This document shows, in pieces, positions 51,401-64,000 of a DNA stretch of 64,000 nt. The notes beneath the pieces are model-generated. The model had not been told where the DNA came from, ran no database searches, and was given only the letters and a program-made list of their open reading frames with translations. A program made the position numbers and the translations under genes. The first letter of the stretch is position 1. Each line of letters opens with the position of its first letter. The DNA comes from Tubiluchus corallicola (taxonomy: Eukaryota > Animalia > Priapulida). The stretch is from NCBI GenBank assembly GCA_030141605.1, contig JAQGDQ010000030.1, forward strand, positions 124,001 through 188,000, read 5' to 3'.

Positions 51401-51568
51401 GGCAAACGAATACCTGGCAGCCCCCGTCAATTTCCTCGGCGTCCCTTCAGTCTCTGCCTACCAGTGAACAGTACTCAAACCGACACCCAGGTGGTGTTGC
51501 TGCTAGTCCACTTCAACCGCAGCCTGGTGTAACTTTCGATCAAGCACAAAGAGACATTAATAAAAAAG
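51401..51568 (+). CDS. PDZ gene exon: (G)QTNTWQPPSISSASLQSLPTSEQYSNRHPGGVAASPLQPQPGVTFDQAQRDINKK
   Basis: T-rich tract acag| ... AAAG|gtataa; 168 nt, phase 1-1. Confidence 0.88.
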
Positions 51569-53163
51569 GTATAAAGTAAAAAGCTATCTTGTTAGATTTA
51601 TTTCGTAGCTTAGTTCGCTATGCACTTTGATTTGTTTAGTTAACTTTCGGTTTAGCTTTATTTAGTTTTTACGAGCATTGTTCAAATAAGCAATTGTGCC
51701 AAAATGGAAATTTGTTTAAAGATCTGCATTATTGCATGATTTGATGTATGTACGGAGCAGACGCTGTGTGCTGCTGAATTACACTTTTGTTGATTGTATA
51801 CAGCAATCTGACATTCTTAATGTCATTTGCTACATGGCCTTTTCTCTTCTAATTGTCCCTACCTTTTCATACCCCACATGAGGTTAATTAACCTGGGGCC
51901 ATATTCTAAACAAATTTTTGTTTTAGTAGATGTAATGATGTGTAGAGCAATATGACAATTACACATTACATTTGCTTCCTTGTGTAACCTTTTGCACAGC
52001 ATATCGATATTTCAGTGGAAGTTTCTCCATCCTTATTATTCATATGGATGTCACGCTATCTCTGATAATAAAACAACTACGGGAGTTGTATAAGTTTATT
52101 GATGTTAAATATAGAAGCTGATTCAAGTAACAGCTGTTCCTTAGGAGTCACGCTTCTAGAGCCAGATAATTGTAACAGTATTCGCCTTCCTGCAAACGAA
52201 AGTTTAGAATCTTTGTTAAATTGTGTTAATTAATACGTTTTGATGTACATTAGTTTGAGATGCCATGGCATCTGTATTGCAACATTTAAAAAACTACTTC
52301 AATGACCTTCATATTGTACAATTATAATTTGTACAAAATACATTTGTAGAAATGCCATGGCATCTATTTGTGTACAATAACTTTCCACCACCAGTATCAC
52401 TTAGAAGCATCCATAAATGTCTGTTGATCCATTTTTTCTGTGTGACATGCTGTGGTGCATCAAGTATAATGTTTCACACTGTAATGTGTTGAGCTCATTG
52501 TATCATGCTGTGGTGTATTAAGCCAGCATCAGTTTTAGCAGCTTGATGCATTTGTTTTATGAAATGCAGGCTTTCGTGTTACTGAATGAGTGCGTGGGTT
52601 TTGTCTTACTATGCAAGGCCTTGCAAAATTTTACCAACTGTGCATATTATGTTTGCTTATTTTAAAAAGAATCGTTTGTAGTAGTTTTTATGCTATAGAC
52701 CACACTGCATTGTGGCTGCACCATCTGCCGACCATTCCACTCTTATCATTAGTCTGCCTATTTTCACCATTATTATCGTAAAAACTCGTCCTGAAAGTCG
52801 AATCATAAAAATGTACGAATTATTATTTCAAAATTTAAAAAATTCTGAAGAAAGCTGTGAGAGCTATGTGTAAATCCCCTATATGAAAGTCTGCGTAGAA
52901 TCATTGATTTGGCATGTTTGGTATTTTTGCAATATTTTTCCAAATGTCTTTCGAATCTGTTAATGGCTTATAATGTCAGTTTACAAAACTTCCCATTAAA
53001 AAACTGGACATTTTAGCTTATGTATCAGATTGGATTTTTCTTTATTCCTTATCATCTATGATGGTTTTCCTCATACTTCAGTCTTAATAGAGGGGACCGG
53101 GGCACTAAAAATGCCACCTTGATGCATGCATTGCATTTTCATTTTTGTTTTGTTTACCACCAG

Positions 53164-53328
53164 TTGCTGCTAGTTTGCCGCAGATTGTTTGTGGTCAGTT
53201 TCTTCCAAAGCCATTCTATGGTTCCACCACCGCTCGTCAAACCACCGAACTTGATAAAACAATGGTGAAAACTGACATAGACAATGTGCCTGCTGGTGAA
53301 AAACCTGAATCAGAAAAGTTTGCGGCAG
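53164..53328 (+). CDS. PDZ gene exon: (V)AASLPQIVCGQFLPKPFYGSTTARQTTELDKTMVKTDIDNVPAGEKPESEKFAA
   Basis: tttaccaccag| ... CAG|gtgtgt; 165 nt, phase 1-1. Confidence 0.82.
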
Positions 53329-54540
53329 GTGTGTTATATGATGACTTTGCATGTGCTATTCCCTCTACCTGCATTCCGGCAATGCTTCTGAATCTTTCGT
53401 ATGTTTAAAACTGGTGTTTTAATGATGTGGCTTTGTTTCTGGGGCTGTTTTGCTTGACTGCACAGACGTCACTTATATCATTGTCTGCTGCTTTTGGTTC
53501 TTATGATTGCATGCTAACGCTAATATAAATTCATGCAGGTGCTTCACAATATATCCTCTTCCCGTTTGAATTAAAAAAGTGTGTCCATGCTGTGTAATAT
53601 TGTATTTGTGAGTTATGTGATTCTGATCTTGTTCCATTTTTAAATTATCGTTTTCCTAGGAAATCTTCCTAAAAACATTTAAGTAAGGAAAATAATTTCT
53701 CTGATTTGTAACTGCTGCATAAGGGCTACCGTAATGAGCTGTGCACTTCTACATTACTAAGATAAAAGTCGCTCTGACACGATGTTGCTGTGTTACTGTT
53801 AAATGTAATGATGAATTTACAAATGCATCATGTCACACAAGGTGCACCTCTTGTCATAGCAAATCTTTATTATCTCAAAAGAGCTAATATGTTTTCCTTC
53901 ATCACCGTGCAATATTTGCTGTGTTAAGTAAATTTGTGATGGATTCTTTTGTTTACATAAGGACAAACGTGTCCTATTGTGCATAATGGGGCTTATTTTA
54001 CAAAGTTGAATTAGAGTATGGTATCCAAACTGGTTGAAAGTGAATGTGCTTCGCAGCTAATAGATCTAATTTGTAGATTTGTATTTATTGTAAAGTACAA
54101 GTGGAACTGACATGTTTAAAGACCATGAAATAGGATCAGAAATTGAATTAGATTGCAATTCTATTATCCATAACAGTTTTATTGTCTTCATAAAGTGCAA
54201 CTCCAGAAGCCCTAAGTAACTGACTTTGTTCTCATCTTGAAAATCTTGTAACAGTGAATATGACAAATGTGTAAATAGCTGAGTGCACCATATTCACCAC
54301 TGGCTTCTAATTTCTTATTCTTTCATTTTTTATTTATTTCGCTTTCCATTTTTTTTATGAAAACTAAGAAGCTAATTAGAAAACTTATTATAATTCAAAA
54401 AATTGCTCTTATTATCACATGTCGTATTTTTCCTTCTCTGCAACTGAAAATCTGGTAAACTGTGTAGTCTAGCTGCACAAAGAGTATGCATTTATACTGT
54501 GGCTTTTTTTCAAAGTGTCCAATTTTAAGAAGACATTCTA

Positions 54541-54789
54541 CAGGGTCGTCCAGAAAAAACATTCCCCCAAGTTAACATGTAACTTTTTATCCTGCTACAG
54601 GGATTGGCCAATGAGCTGTAAATTTTCCCCCAAAACCTCCACAAAGTGCTTCTTCGAGGGAAATTTACATCTCTTTGGAAAAGAGAAACCATGGGTACAT
54701 GATGATGCGAGTCTTTTTTACAAATGTATGCCTTACCGGTAATGAATATTGAGCTAATTTGGGGGAATGGTTTTTTCTAGACGACACTG
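54541..54789. mobile_element. Tc1/mariner-type MITE, 249 bp
   Basis: TA|CAGGGTCGTCCAGAAAAAACATTCCCCCAA ... TTGGGGGAATGGTTTTTTCTAGACGACACTG. Confidence 0.85.
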
Positions 54790-54936
54790 AACACCTGCAA
54801 ATGAATTAAGAGCACATTTGCATGTAATTTAAGTTTGACTAACTTGAATTAAATCTAAGTTTTTGTAGCTATTGTTTGCTTCAGTAACTTTGAATGCATA
54901 TCTGATAATGTACTAACAAGCATGGTGTGTTTACAG

Positions 54937-55059
54937 TGCTTGATGGCCGCTATATATGGAGTAAAAGGAATGCTGGAATGTTCAATCATGATGACTATAC
55001 ACGTGTAGCATTTACTGTACCTTCGGGATCACCAAAACCAAAACGAAAACTTTTAATTG
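54937..55059 (+). CDS. PDZ gene exon: (V)LDGRYIWSKRNAGMFNHDDYTRVAFTVPSGSPKPKRKLLI
   Basis: TACTAAC at 54911, tttacag| ... G|gtaatt; 123 nt, phase 1-1. Confidence 0.8.
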
Positions 55060-55324
55060 GTAATTAATGCATAAAGCGTACTTTTTAGTTAATCTGTCAC
55101 TCTTCGCTGCCTCTGGTGATAAATTTTTGAACAATGCAGATTGTAACAGTCCTCACTGTTTCATCACCTTGTTTGCAGTGAGGTCTGTTAATGTTTGGAC
55201 AATGGCTCTTTCCATCTTTGTTCTGATTGCTGATTAGATTTATTTCTCTTATGCAGGATTATTGTTTTTCTCAGTTTGTGATTGGACTTCTTTTATGTTG
55301 CTTTTTTATCATCTGTTGTGACAG

Positions 55325-58300
55325 AAAAAGAAAACCATCTAGATGTGAAAAGTACAAGTGTGGGAGCATCAGCAGATGGGGGCAGTACACCTCAGTACAC
55401 AAAGCTTACAGGTCTCGGTGAATTTATGAACTTTGTTAGTGAAAAAACTATAGTAGCTGACACAGCAAAATCAGAAAGCATTCCAGTGACTGACCAAAGT
55501 GAAAAGGACTTGGGTATTCGGGGCCAAGAACAAGTTGTTTCTACAACATCCGAAATGGATTTTGAGCCGGGTACAGTTAAGGACAGTCAGGATAACTCTC
55601 TTCATAGTTCTAGTAAAGAAATTAAACATGTTCCGCACAGGCATGCTCGAACAGTATCTACTACCACTGATGACCAACAGAGGTCATCAATTCATCTTGA
55701 ATGTGCACCAGGAACAGAAAAATTTGAAAAAACCAAACATCGTTCTAAACGTCTTAAATGTGATGCAGATATGGAAGCATTACCTTTGGATATGTTTACA
55801 AGTCAGGTTTCTTACTTTTCTGATTCATCGCGTGGCTCCTCGCCCTGTAGATATTACACATCGAGATATGATGTGAGTGAAAGTGATATGGACGAAGAAG
55901 ATGTTGATAGAGATTTTCTTCCAAGCAAATCTGTGCCTCCAGAAGTTGCCAAGCAGATTGCAGAAGATCTAAAGTTTATGGAAAATACGTTATTAAGTGA
56001 TCTTTGTTGCCATGGCAATGAAACTCCTCCATCCCTTTCCAAATTACCTCAATACAACCCAAATTCAAGAAAAGTGCTGCCCAAAAGTACTCAATTAAAA
56101 ACTCCTGAACACAATGATATTGTACAGCATTCACATAAGCTAGTAGATCCTGAAACTAGTGTTTTGCCTGACACACTGATAAATCAAAATGATGCAATTA
56201 GTGAACTAGGACCTTTCAAAAAAATAGCACAAGATTCCTGTGTAAAAAACTTCCTGGATGACATGGTAATAGATAGTGGATATAAAAGTGATTCTGAACT
56301 AATACGCAAAAAGCCTTTGATAGTAGCAGCTCATGCTGCAGTTGAACACAGAGATGGAATCAACGAGAGTGATGAACAGAAAATGATTGGAACAATTCCT
56401 GTGAGGCGCTCATCCGTCAAAAAGATGCAGGAGTTTTATGATAACTACCAAAAAGAGGACCAGCCAAAGAATGCTGCTCATTTATATGGTGTTGGCAAGG
56501 ACTTTCCACGGGGGCTAGGCAGCCATTGTGAAGGAATTGAAGCCACGAACAATGTGATGTTGTCTCGCATTGAGGGTTCTTTTCCAGAACATTTAGGTAG
56601 ACGAGGCTCTGTGGATTCTGTCATGGCAAACAAGTCATTTGTAAAAGAGCAGCCACAATGTTATGATTCTTTGCCAAGGTATTTTAAAAAGCATCCAGCA
56701 GTCAGTGGGACAATAGAACCAAATATTCAGAATCACAAGAAACAACTTGGCCAATCAGAATTGCTTAATGAAGTGAACAGCAGTTGCCAAAATAGTGCCT
56801 TTCCTCATAAAAAACATGCCAGTTCAGTAACAACAAGTGTAAAATGTGTAACCATTCCTAGTGTTACCGCTATCAGTGAAGATGTTTCACAAAGTATTCA
56901 TTCACACTGGGACAATGTCCACATTCAACAGAATCCTCAATATGGTGATAATACCAGAACTGTTTTTGCTAGTCATGGCCATAGCCACTACCCAGGGGAA
57001 TGCGATTCTAGAAAGGGAAATGTTAACATGGTGGATTCTGCAGCATTTACTGAATCATCTGCTAATTATAATGCTCAGAATTCTGAACTAGGCCAGGCTG
57101 CCAGTGCTCCAAGTTCTAACTCTTTAGGCATCAAAAGTTCCACTTTTTTTCCATTGTCGGAGAATTTTGACTATGCATCTCTTGGCAAATGCCGTGTTAC
57201 AACTTGCAGTCAAGTTGCTACTCAGTCAAATGACACTCATGATGTGGGTTCACATAATTCTAAAATTAACCAATCCAGTGGCGATCAGAATCAAGCCTCT
57301 TACTATCCTAATATCAATCAGTTAAATATTATACATAACCAAAATGTGCATAATACCAGCACTAACCTTTTCAATGTTTCTCATAATCCAGTTTCCCACA
57401 GTATTAACACTAACCAGTCCACTGGCATCGACATTCCAAGCTATCATAGTTCTAGCACTAACCATTTTAGTGACACTCTTAATCTTGATTATCCCAATAC
57501 TAGCTTTAATCTTGTCAGTGATGCTCATGATCTAGGCATACACAGTGCTGTCACGTATAACTTAAGACCTCATAATCCTGGTAGTGACCATTCTATGCAT
57601 ATTCAGAATGCAGGTTCTGAAGATGCCTTTAGTCAATCTGCTGCACCTCATCTTTCAAACTCTGAAAAAGATCCTGGTTTTAACCAGCATGTCGATATTA
57701 ATTGTGCGGACTACAGAAATTTGCTTGCTGTAACCTCTAATCCAAGTTTTCACAATCCTAATAATCCAGAAAACCAATATCTTGGTTTCAACCAGCCTTC
57801 TTCAACTCATAGTCCAAGCTCACATAATCCTGGTCCTGGTCAGCCTGTAATTATTAATTCCAGTTCTCAAAGTATTGGTTTTGCCAGCTCTGCTTCAAGT
57901 CACAATCCAGGTTCACATAATCCTGGCCATGGCCAATGTGTAAATATTAATTCAGATTCTCAAAACCTTGGTTTTAATTTTCCTGCTTCTACTCGCAGGC
58001 CAGACACACAAAATCCTGGTAGTAACCAGCTTTTAAAGACTGTCAATCCAGACTCTCAAAACACTGGTTTTACCCGCACTGCTGCGACTCATAATCCAGG
58101 CTCACACAATCCTAGCAGTAACCACACTGTAAATCCGGACTCTCAAAACACTGGTTTTACCCGCACTACTGAGACGCATAATCCAGGCTCACACAATCCT
58201 AGCATTAACCACACTGTAAATCCGAACTCTCAAAACACTGGTTTTACCCATATTACTGAGACTCATAATCCAGGCTTGCACAGTCCTAGTAGTAACCAAA

Positions 58301-61300
58301 CTGTAAATGTTAATCCTGGCTTTCAAAACACTGGTTTTACCCATACTACTGAGACGCATAATCCAGGCTCACACAATCCTAGCAGTAACCACATTGTAAA
58401 TCCGAACTCTCAAAACACTGGTTTTACCCGCACTACTGAGACGCATAATCCAGGCTCACACAATCCTAGCAGTAACCACACTGTAAATCTGAACTCTCAA
58501 AACACTGGTTTTACCCTTTCTACTGAGACACATAATCCAGGCTCACACAATCCTAGCAGTAACCACACTGTAAATCCGAACTCTCAAAACACTGGTTTTA
58601 TCCATATTACTGAGACTCATAATCCAGGCTTGCACAGTCCTAGTAGTAACCAAACTGTAAATGTTAATCCTGGCTTTCAAAACACTGGTTTTACCCATAC
58701 TACTGAGACTCATAATCCAGGCTCACACAATCCTAGCAGTAGCCACATTGTAAATCCGAACTCTCAAAACACTGGTTTTACCCGCACTACTGAGACGCAT
58801 AATCCAGGCTCACACAATCCTAGCAGTAACCACACTGTAAATCCGAACTCTCAAAACACTGGTTTTACCCTTTCTACTGAGACTCGTAATCCAGGCTCAC
58901 ACAATCCTAGCAGTAACCACACTGTAAATCCGAACTCTCAAAACACTGGTTTTACCCATATTACTGAGACTCATAATCCAGGCTTGCACAGTCCTAGTAG
59001 TAACCAAACTGTAAATGTTAATCCTGGCTTTCAAAACACAGGTTTTAATTTTTCAGATTCTACTCACAATACAGACGCACAAAATCTTGTTAGTAGCCAG
59101 TATGTAAATGTCAATCCAAATCCTCCTGGTTTTACCCATACTGCTACAACTCATACTCTAGGCTCACACAATCCTGGTAGTAGTCAGGCTGTAAACATCA
59201 ATCCAGACCCACAAAACCCTGGTCTTGCTCATACTGCTGGAACTCTTAATCCAGGTTTACACAATCTTGGCAGTGGCCTGCCTGCAAATGTTAATCCGGT
59301 CCCTCAAAAGCCTAGTGCTACTTACCCTGTAGCAACTCGATATCCAGGGTCAGATATGCATATTCCTGGCGTTAGCCCTTCTGTCGATACTCATACTGCA
59401 ATCTCTCAATATTCTGATTTTTGTCAGTCAGCTGCAACTCATAATCCAGGCTATAATAATCCTGGTAGTAGACAGTTTGTGGCTGCTCATCCTTTAGGCT
59501 CTCAAAGTTTGGGTTTCAGTCCTATTATATCACAGGCTTTTCCTGGTTTTCATAATCCTACTGATATTCATAATGCAGATATTAGCCAGATAAGTAATGT
59601 GAGAAACCTACATTCACAGAACGTTGATGTTAATCAATCTGGTGAAATCCATATCCCAGATTCCAGTAATCCTGGCAACACCACTAGTATGCACAATCCA
59701 GGTTTTCACAACTTTGGCCCATCTGTTAATATTCACGAACCAAATTTTCAAAATCCTGCTATTAGCCAAACCATTGGTTTTAGCAGTCCAGATAGTAATC
59801 CAGGCCCTCACAACCCTGGTATTAGTCAAACAGGTGATAGTGACCCAGGTATGTACAACCCTGGTTTTAGCAAATCCAGCAAAGGTGATCATCTAGCTCT
59901 TGACAGTAATAGGCATGCTGGATTGCCAGCTGTAGGTGGTCTATTACCTAACTCTAACATCTCAAGTTTATACGGTGGCCATCATGGTCCTGGAGGTAGT
60001 CAGCCATTTAGTGCTTTGAATGCAGAATTATCTAAACAACTTGGTTACACAAATATTGAAACTCATAATCCTGGTTTTCAAAGTTTTCAAGATGCACCTG
60101 AATTTCAACATTTTAATCCATTTCATGATCGTAATGTAGCTACTGCCCAGCAGATTAGCAATCCACCATTGGCAGGGGTAGGTCATCATCCAGCAAACTC
60201 GGGTACTATCCAAAATGTTCATGTTCACACTTTGCCTGAAGTAAGACACCCTTCTGAAATCCGTGCAAAAGCACCTCCACAGTTTGACACTTCATTGCTA
60301 GGCAATCCTGGCTCCAGTCATAATCCTTATACTCAACCTTTAAAAGGTTCTGCAAGTCATTTTGATGATGGAACTTTTTTGAATCCTGGTAATCCACATC
60401 CCAATAATTTGTATCGACCACAAGATCGTTCACCAGAAAGTTTGTCCCCTCGGATACGAATGGGTGTTGGAGCCGTTCAACCACACGGTGGTACTGATAT
60501 TTTTATGAGTCAGCCACCTCAATACGAGGAGCTGTCTTCTTTGGGATACAAACTGGAAAACCTACCAAATCAGCCTGTACTCCCTCCTTCAAGTCCTACT
60601 AATGTTGGTGGTAACCAGTCACATGACCTCATACCAAAGATGCCACGAATGGGTACAGTACCGCCACACACACAAAAGCTCCATGAGCACATTATGCAGC
60701 CTCAGCTTCCTAGTGAAAGAGATGCTATTGCAATTCACAGTCACCGAAGATTTGAAAATCCACAGTTTCCAATGAGTGATACTCATACGGCAAACCCATT
60801 AAATGTTTTTGTAACAAATACTTCTCCATTTCCTCAGACCTATCAGGCTGATTTACTGAAAACTGTTCCAGTTGATGCTGATGAGGAAGACAAAGACGGA
60901 AAAAGTTCCAAAAAAGTCACATTCAGAGATAATTTAGAAACAATTATAGAAACTAGCCCTATCCACTCTGGCGATTCGGGGCGAGGAAGCCCTGTGATTA
61001 CACAGTATCGGAACAAACCCGACTTTCCGATGGCTAATTACAGGCCTTTTGCAGGAGTTAAAAAAGACCCTACACTAAGCACTACACAACCTTTTCAGAC
61101 TACTGATTCGCAATCTCTTGAACTAGTTCGTCCTGATTATGACACACTTTTATCTGTAACTGGTTCTACCAGCAGCTCGCAAGATGGCCGCCAGTCATCA
61201 GTATTGCAGGACCCGCTTCCTCCATTTATCGGGCCAAAGCCTTACAGACCTCCTAAGTTTGACGCGTCTGATGTACAAAATCCAATTTCTTATAGACATG

Positions 61301-64000
61301 TGCAAGGACCTGCTGAAGGGATTACTAATTTTCCAGAACCAGATGAAAAACGGGAAACATTTCGTCACAGCCCTTCGCCTGTTGGAACAGCTTACGTTAC
61401 AACTTTCAAAAAAACTGGCACTAATTCGTCAGAGGTTAAGTCACCATTTTTAGGCAAAACACATGAACGAGTACCAAGTCATGGTACTATTGAATATAAG
61501 CCACTTGCTGCAGAACCAACTCATAGGTTTGTAAGCAAAAGAACTGCGGTGCCTGCAGACACACCAATATTAAGCTTACCTCCTTTGCCAAGAAAGGAAA
61601 TAAGTGGATCCGCATCTGATGGCAGATTTCAGTCAGAAAGTTTACCTCTTAATGGTTACTATCCTTCTTTTGAAAAAAAGTCACTAACTGCTGTTGATGA
61701 ATTACCAAAAGATGCAGTGCTTCGAATATATCAGAAATCAGAAGCACCAATTACCCAGCAACAGCTTCAGAGACCTCATAACCAGCCACAGTTTGACTCG
61801 GATATAGCAACAAAATATACTGCACAAGCTGCTGTATCACCAGGACTTGAACTACAAACCCAAAAATCTGTTTCTTCTCCCCGTGTTCAACAGCAGTTCC
61901 AGATGCAGCAACATACAGGAACAACCAGTCCAGCTATAAAGTCTAATCTTGCTGATGCAATGGCAATTGTCAGTGAACTAAGTGAGTATGAGGAAGAGCA
62001 AGAAAAAGAGGCAGACAGGAGAAAAAAGAAAAGACGTCATTATGAGCGCAAAACTTCTGATGACGATATTGAAATAGCAAAGTCATCTGACCAAAAACAA
62101 AAGGCTTACTTAACTCAGTCTCTTCCCAGAAATATTGGAAGTAGAGATATTTCCTCTTACATTATTGCAAAAGAAGTTCAGTATCCTGAATCGGATGAAC
62201 AAAGAAGAGCTGCTACACTTGAACGAATCAATGTTAAGTCTGAAACAGATAAAGAAAATGTTAAACCCACAACATTACCTCAAAGCTTAAAAGCAGAAAA
62301 AGAAAGGCTGAGTGGTCATGTCTATATAACTCCCTTAAAAGGTGGGGAGGAGTTAGAACAGCATGACTTACAGGATATTACTCAAAATGTTTTGCCAGAT
62401 GCAGGGCCAAATTTATCTGAAAATAAGTACCTTTTTCTTAATGGTGAAAAACATCAAGGAGTCATTTTAGATCATCCCCGCAAAAGATTATCACAGTCAA
62501 CAGATCGTGACGATGTTAAAAGTGATTCATTATTTGAATATGTTTCACAGCCTAAAGTAATGCATGTGCAAGAAATAATTCCTGTAGCAGCAGTAAGTGC
62601 AAATCAGCAAGAAGAAATTAAAGAACCTGCAATCATCAAGCAAAAAGCCATTAAACCCGATTTTAAATCAGGGCTGTTTGATGCAAGAGCATCAATGTTT
62701 GTGCCTAAAACTGATTCTGTTGACACGAAAGATGAAGAAAAGCTTTTGCATGATGCATCAAACCTATTAGACAGATTGAGAGAAGAAAAGTCCAAGCGGG
62801 AAGCTAGAGTAACCAAAGCTGCTGCAAGTGACCATGATGGAATCTTTGAAGAACAGATAACAGAGGAACAACAAGGCAGTGCAACAGAAAAGGTTACTGG
62901 TAGTAGTGAACTTGATGTGCTTAAGGAACAAATAAGGGCAGTGTTGGCAGAAGGTAGAGACAAGACAGACAGGTTGTCCGAAGATTGTGGGATGGGGGAG
63001 CAGACAGAGGTGCAAGCTGAAGCTTTTGAAACACCTCAGAGCATGGAGTTAAAAAGCAGTGATCGTTTTTCTCAAATGAAACAACAGAAACTGCCAGAAA
63101 ACATTGAAATAAAACCTGAATCTTCATCAACATCGAGTTATCTTTTTCAAGATGCATTTGGGAAACCCAAAAGAAGTGATATGGAAACACAAGGTCCTGG
63201 AACAAAAGATACCCTTTTACAAGTAGCCCAGGACAAACTCAATGACCCACATTTGCAACACAGGGAAAAATACTTAGAGGCAGACCCATCTCCGAGAAAA
63301 TCTAGTAATCTTGATAGAAGCGCTTCTTCAGTTTTGTCTGATCTTCAGCAAGAGTTAGCTTTTTATAAAGGTCACTGGGACAAGCAGGAAATGCCTGAAA
63401 TTATACCGCTAACAACATCCACAGAACAAGTTCTATCTTCTGAAACTACACTTGAAAGTGACCAAAAACCCCTCTTCCGTAATCATTTTCGCACCATTAC
63501 AGATAGTCCTACAATGCAGAAAGATCAGTTAAGGAGTACTCCAGTCACAAAATCGCAGTCATTGTCACCCACATCAAAAACAACATCAGATTATAATGGT
63601 CACATATCTTCCAAGTGGCAACCTCCCAAAATTTCATTTTTAACAGAGAAGCCAGCTGAGTTTTTACCAAATTGGGCAGCATCTTCAGTTGCATCTACTT
63701 TTACTGGAACTGTACCTATATTCAACCAGTCACCTGCAAAAATATCTTTGGCATCTGGTACATTAACACATCCATTGTCTGCCGAAAATTCACTTAAAGA
63801 AACACAGTGGCAAGCTCCTGTTACGGACATTTCACCAGATAAGTACTTTTTGGATCAGTTTTATCCAAGCAAACAGTATACCAGCCAGCAACGGCCATCA
63901 CCACCCCCACCTCCCCCACTGCCTCCAGATGACAAAGGCAAACTGTATAAAGATGGACTGCTGATGGTACAACCCAAGGAACCTCAGACGTCTGTCAAGT
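55325..64000 (+). CDS. Giant exon of the PDZ gene, >=8676 nt (~2,890 aa), low-complexity, continues past the window
   Basis: Acceptor tgtgacag| in phase 1 (EKENHLDVKSTSVG...). I found no stop in frame +1 in the stretches read through to 64000, and its absence from the ORF track fits an ORF with no stop inside the window. Confidence 0.92.
57775..59520 (+). repeat. Coding tandem repeat, 87/93-nt units (NPNSQNTGFTRTTETHNPGSHNPSSNHTV)
   Basis: CAAAACACWGGTTTT anchors at 58057, 58144, 58231, 58324, 58411, 58498, 58585, 58678, 58765, 58852, 58939 and 59032; degenerate units on both flanks. Confidence 0.97.

Noticed and set aside
52699-52781. Possible terminal exon with a hydrophobic tail
   Set aside because: Only a moderate acceptor and no other support; hydrophobic frames are common in T-rich intron.
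58057-59032. Regular repeats resembling a CRISPR array
   Set aside because: Units are contiguous with no unique spacers, are multiples of 3 and lie in an open eukaryotic exon.
55471-63830. Many short ORFs in other frames or antisense within the giant exon
   Set aside because: They are shadows of the frame +1 coding sequence and its codon bias.

Overview
AT-rich animal (probably invertebrate) genomic DNA; nothing prokaryotic, no CRISPR, no rRNA or tRNA genes recognised. The main gene is on the + strand and is mostly missed by the ORF track. It encodes a PDLIM/Zasp/synaptopodin-2-type N-terminal PDZ protein (ATG at 18693). A ~22-kb first coding intron splits the PDZ domain. A run of frame-symmetric phase-1 exons follows, then a giant open exon from 55325 past the window end (>=8.67 kb, ~2,890 codons). 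That exon holds a 29/31-aa N/P/G/H/S/T repeat array with a 4-unit higher-order structure. Several candidate alternative exons would give PDZ-truncated, PDZ-only or PDZ-less isoforms. The left part holds a complete but decayed MULE (ZSWIM3-like, SWIM+PHD) transposon with TIRs and a 9-bp TSD. It also holds a tentative minus-strand gene built from very small exons with intronic hairpins. Introns carry Kolobok-like, Tc1/mariner, hAT and Helentron-like non-autonomous elements and microsatellites. All calls are by eye; no searches or folding programs were run.
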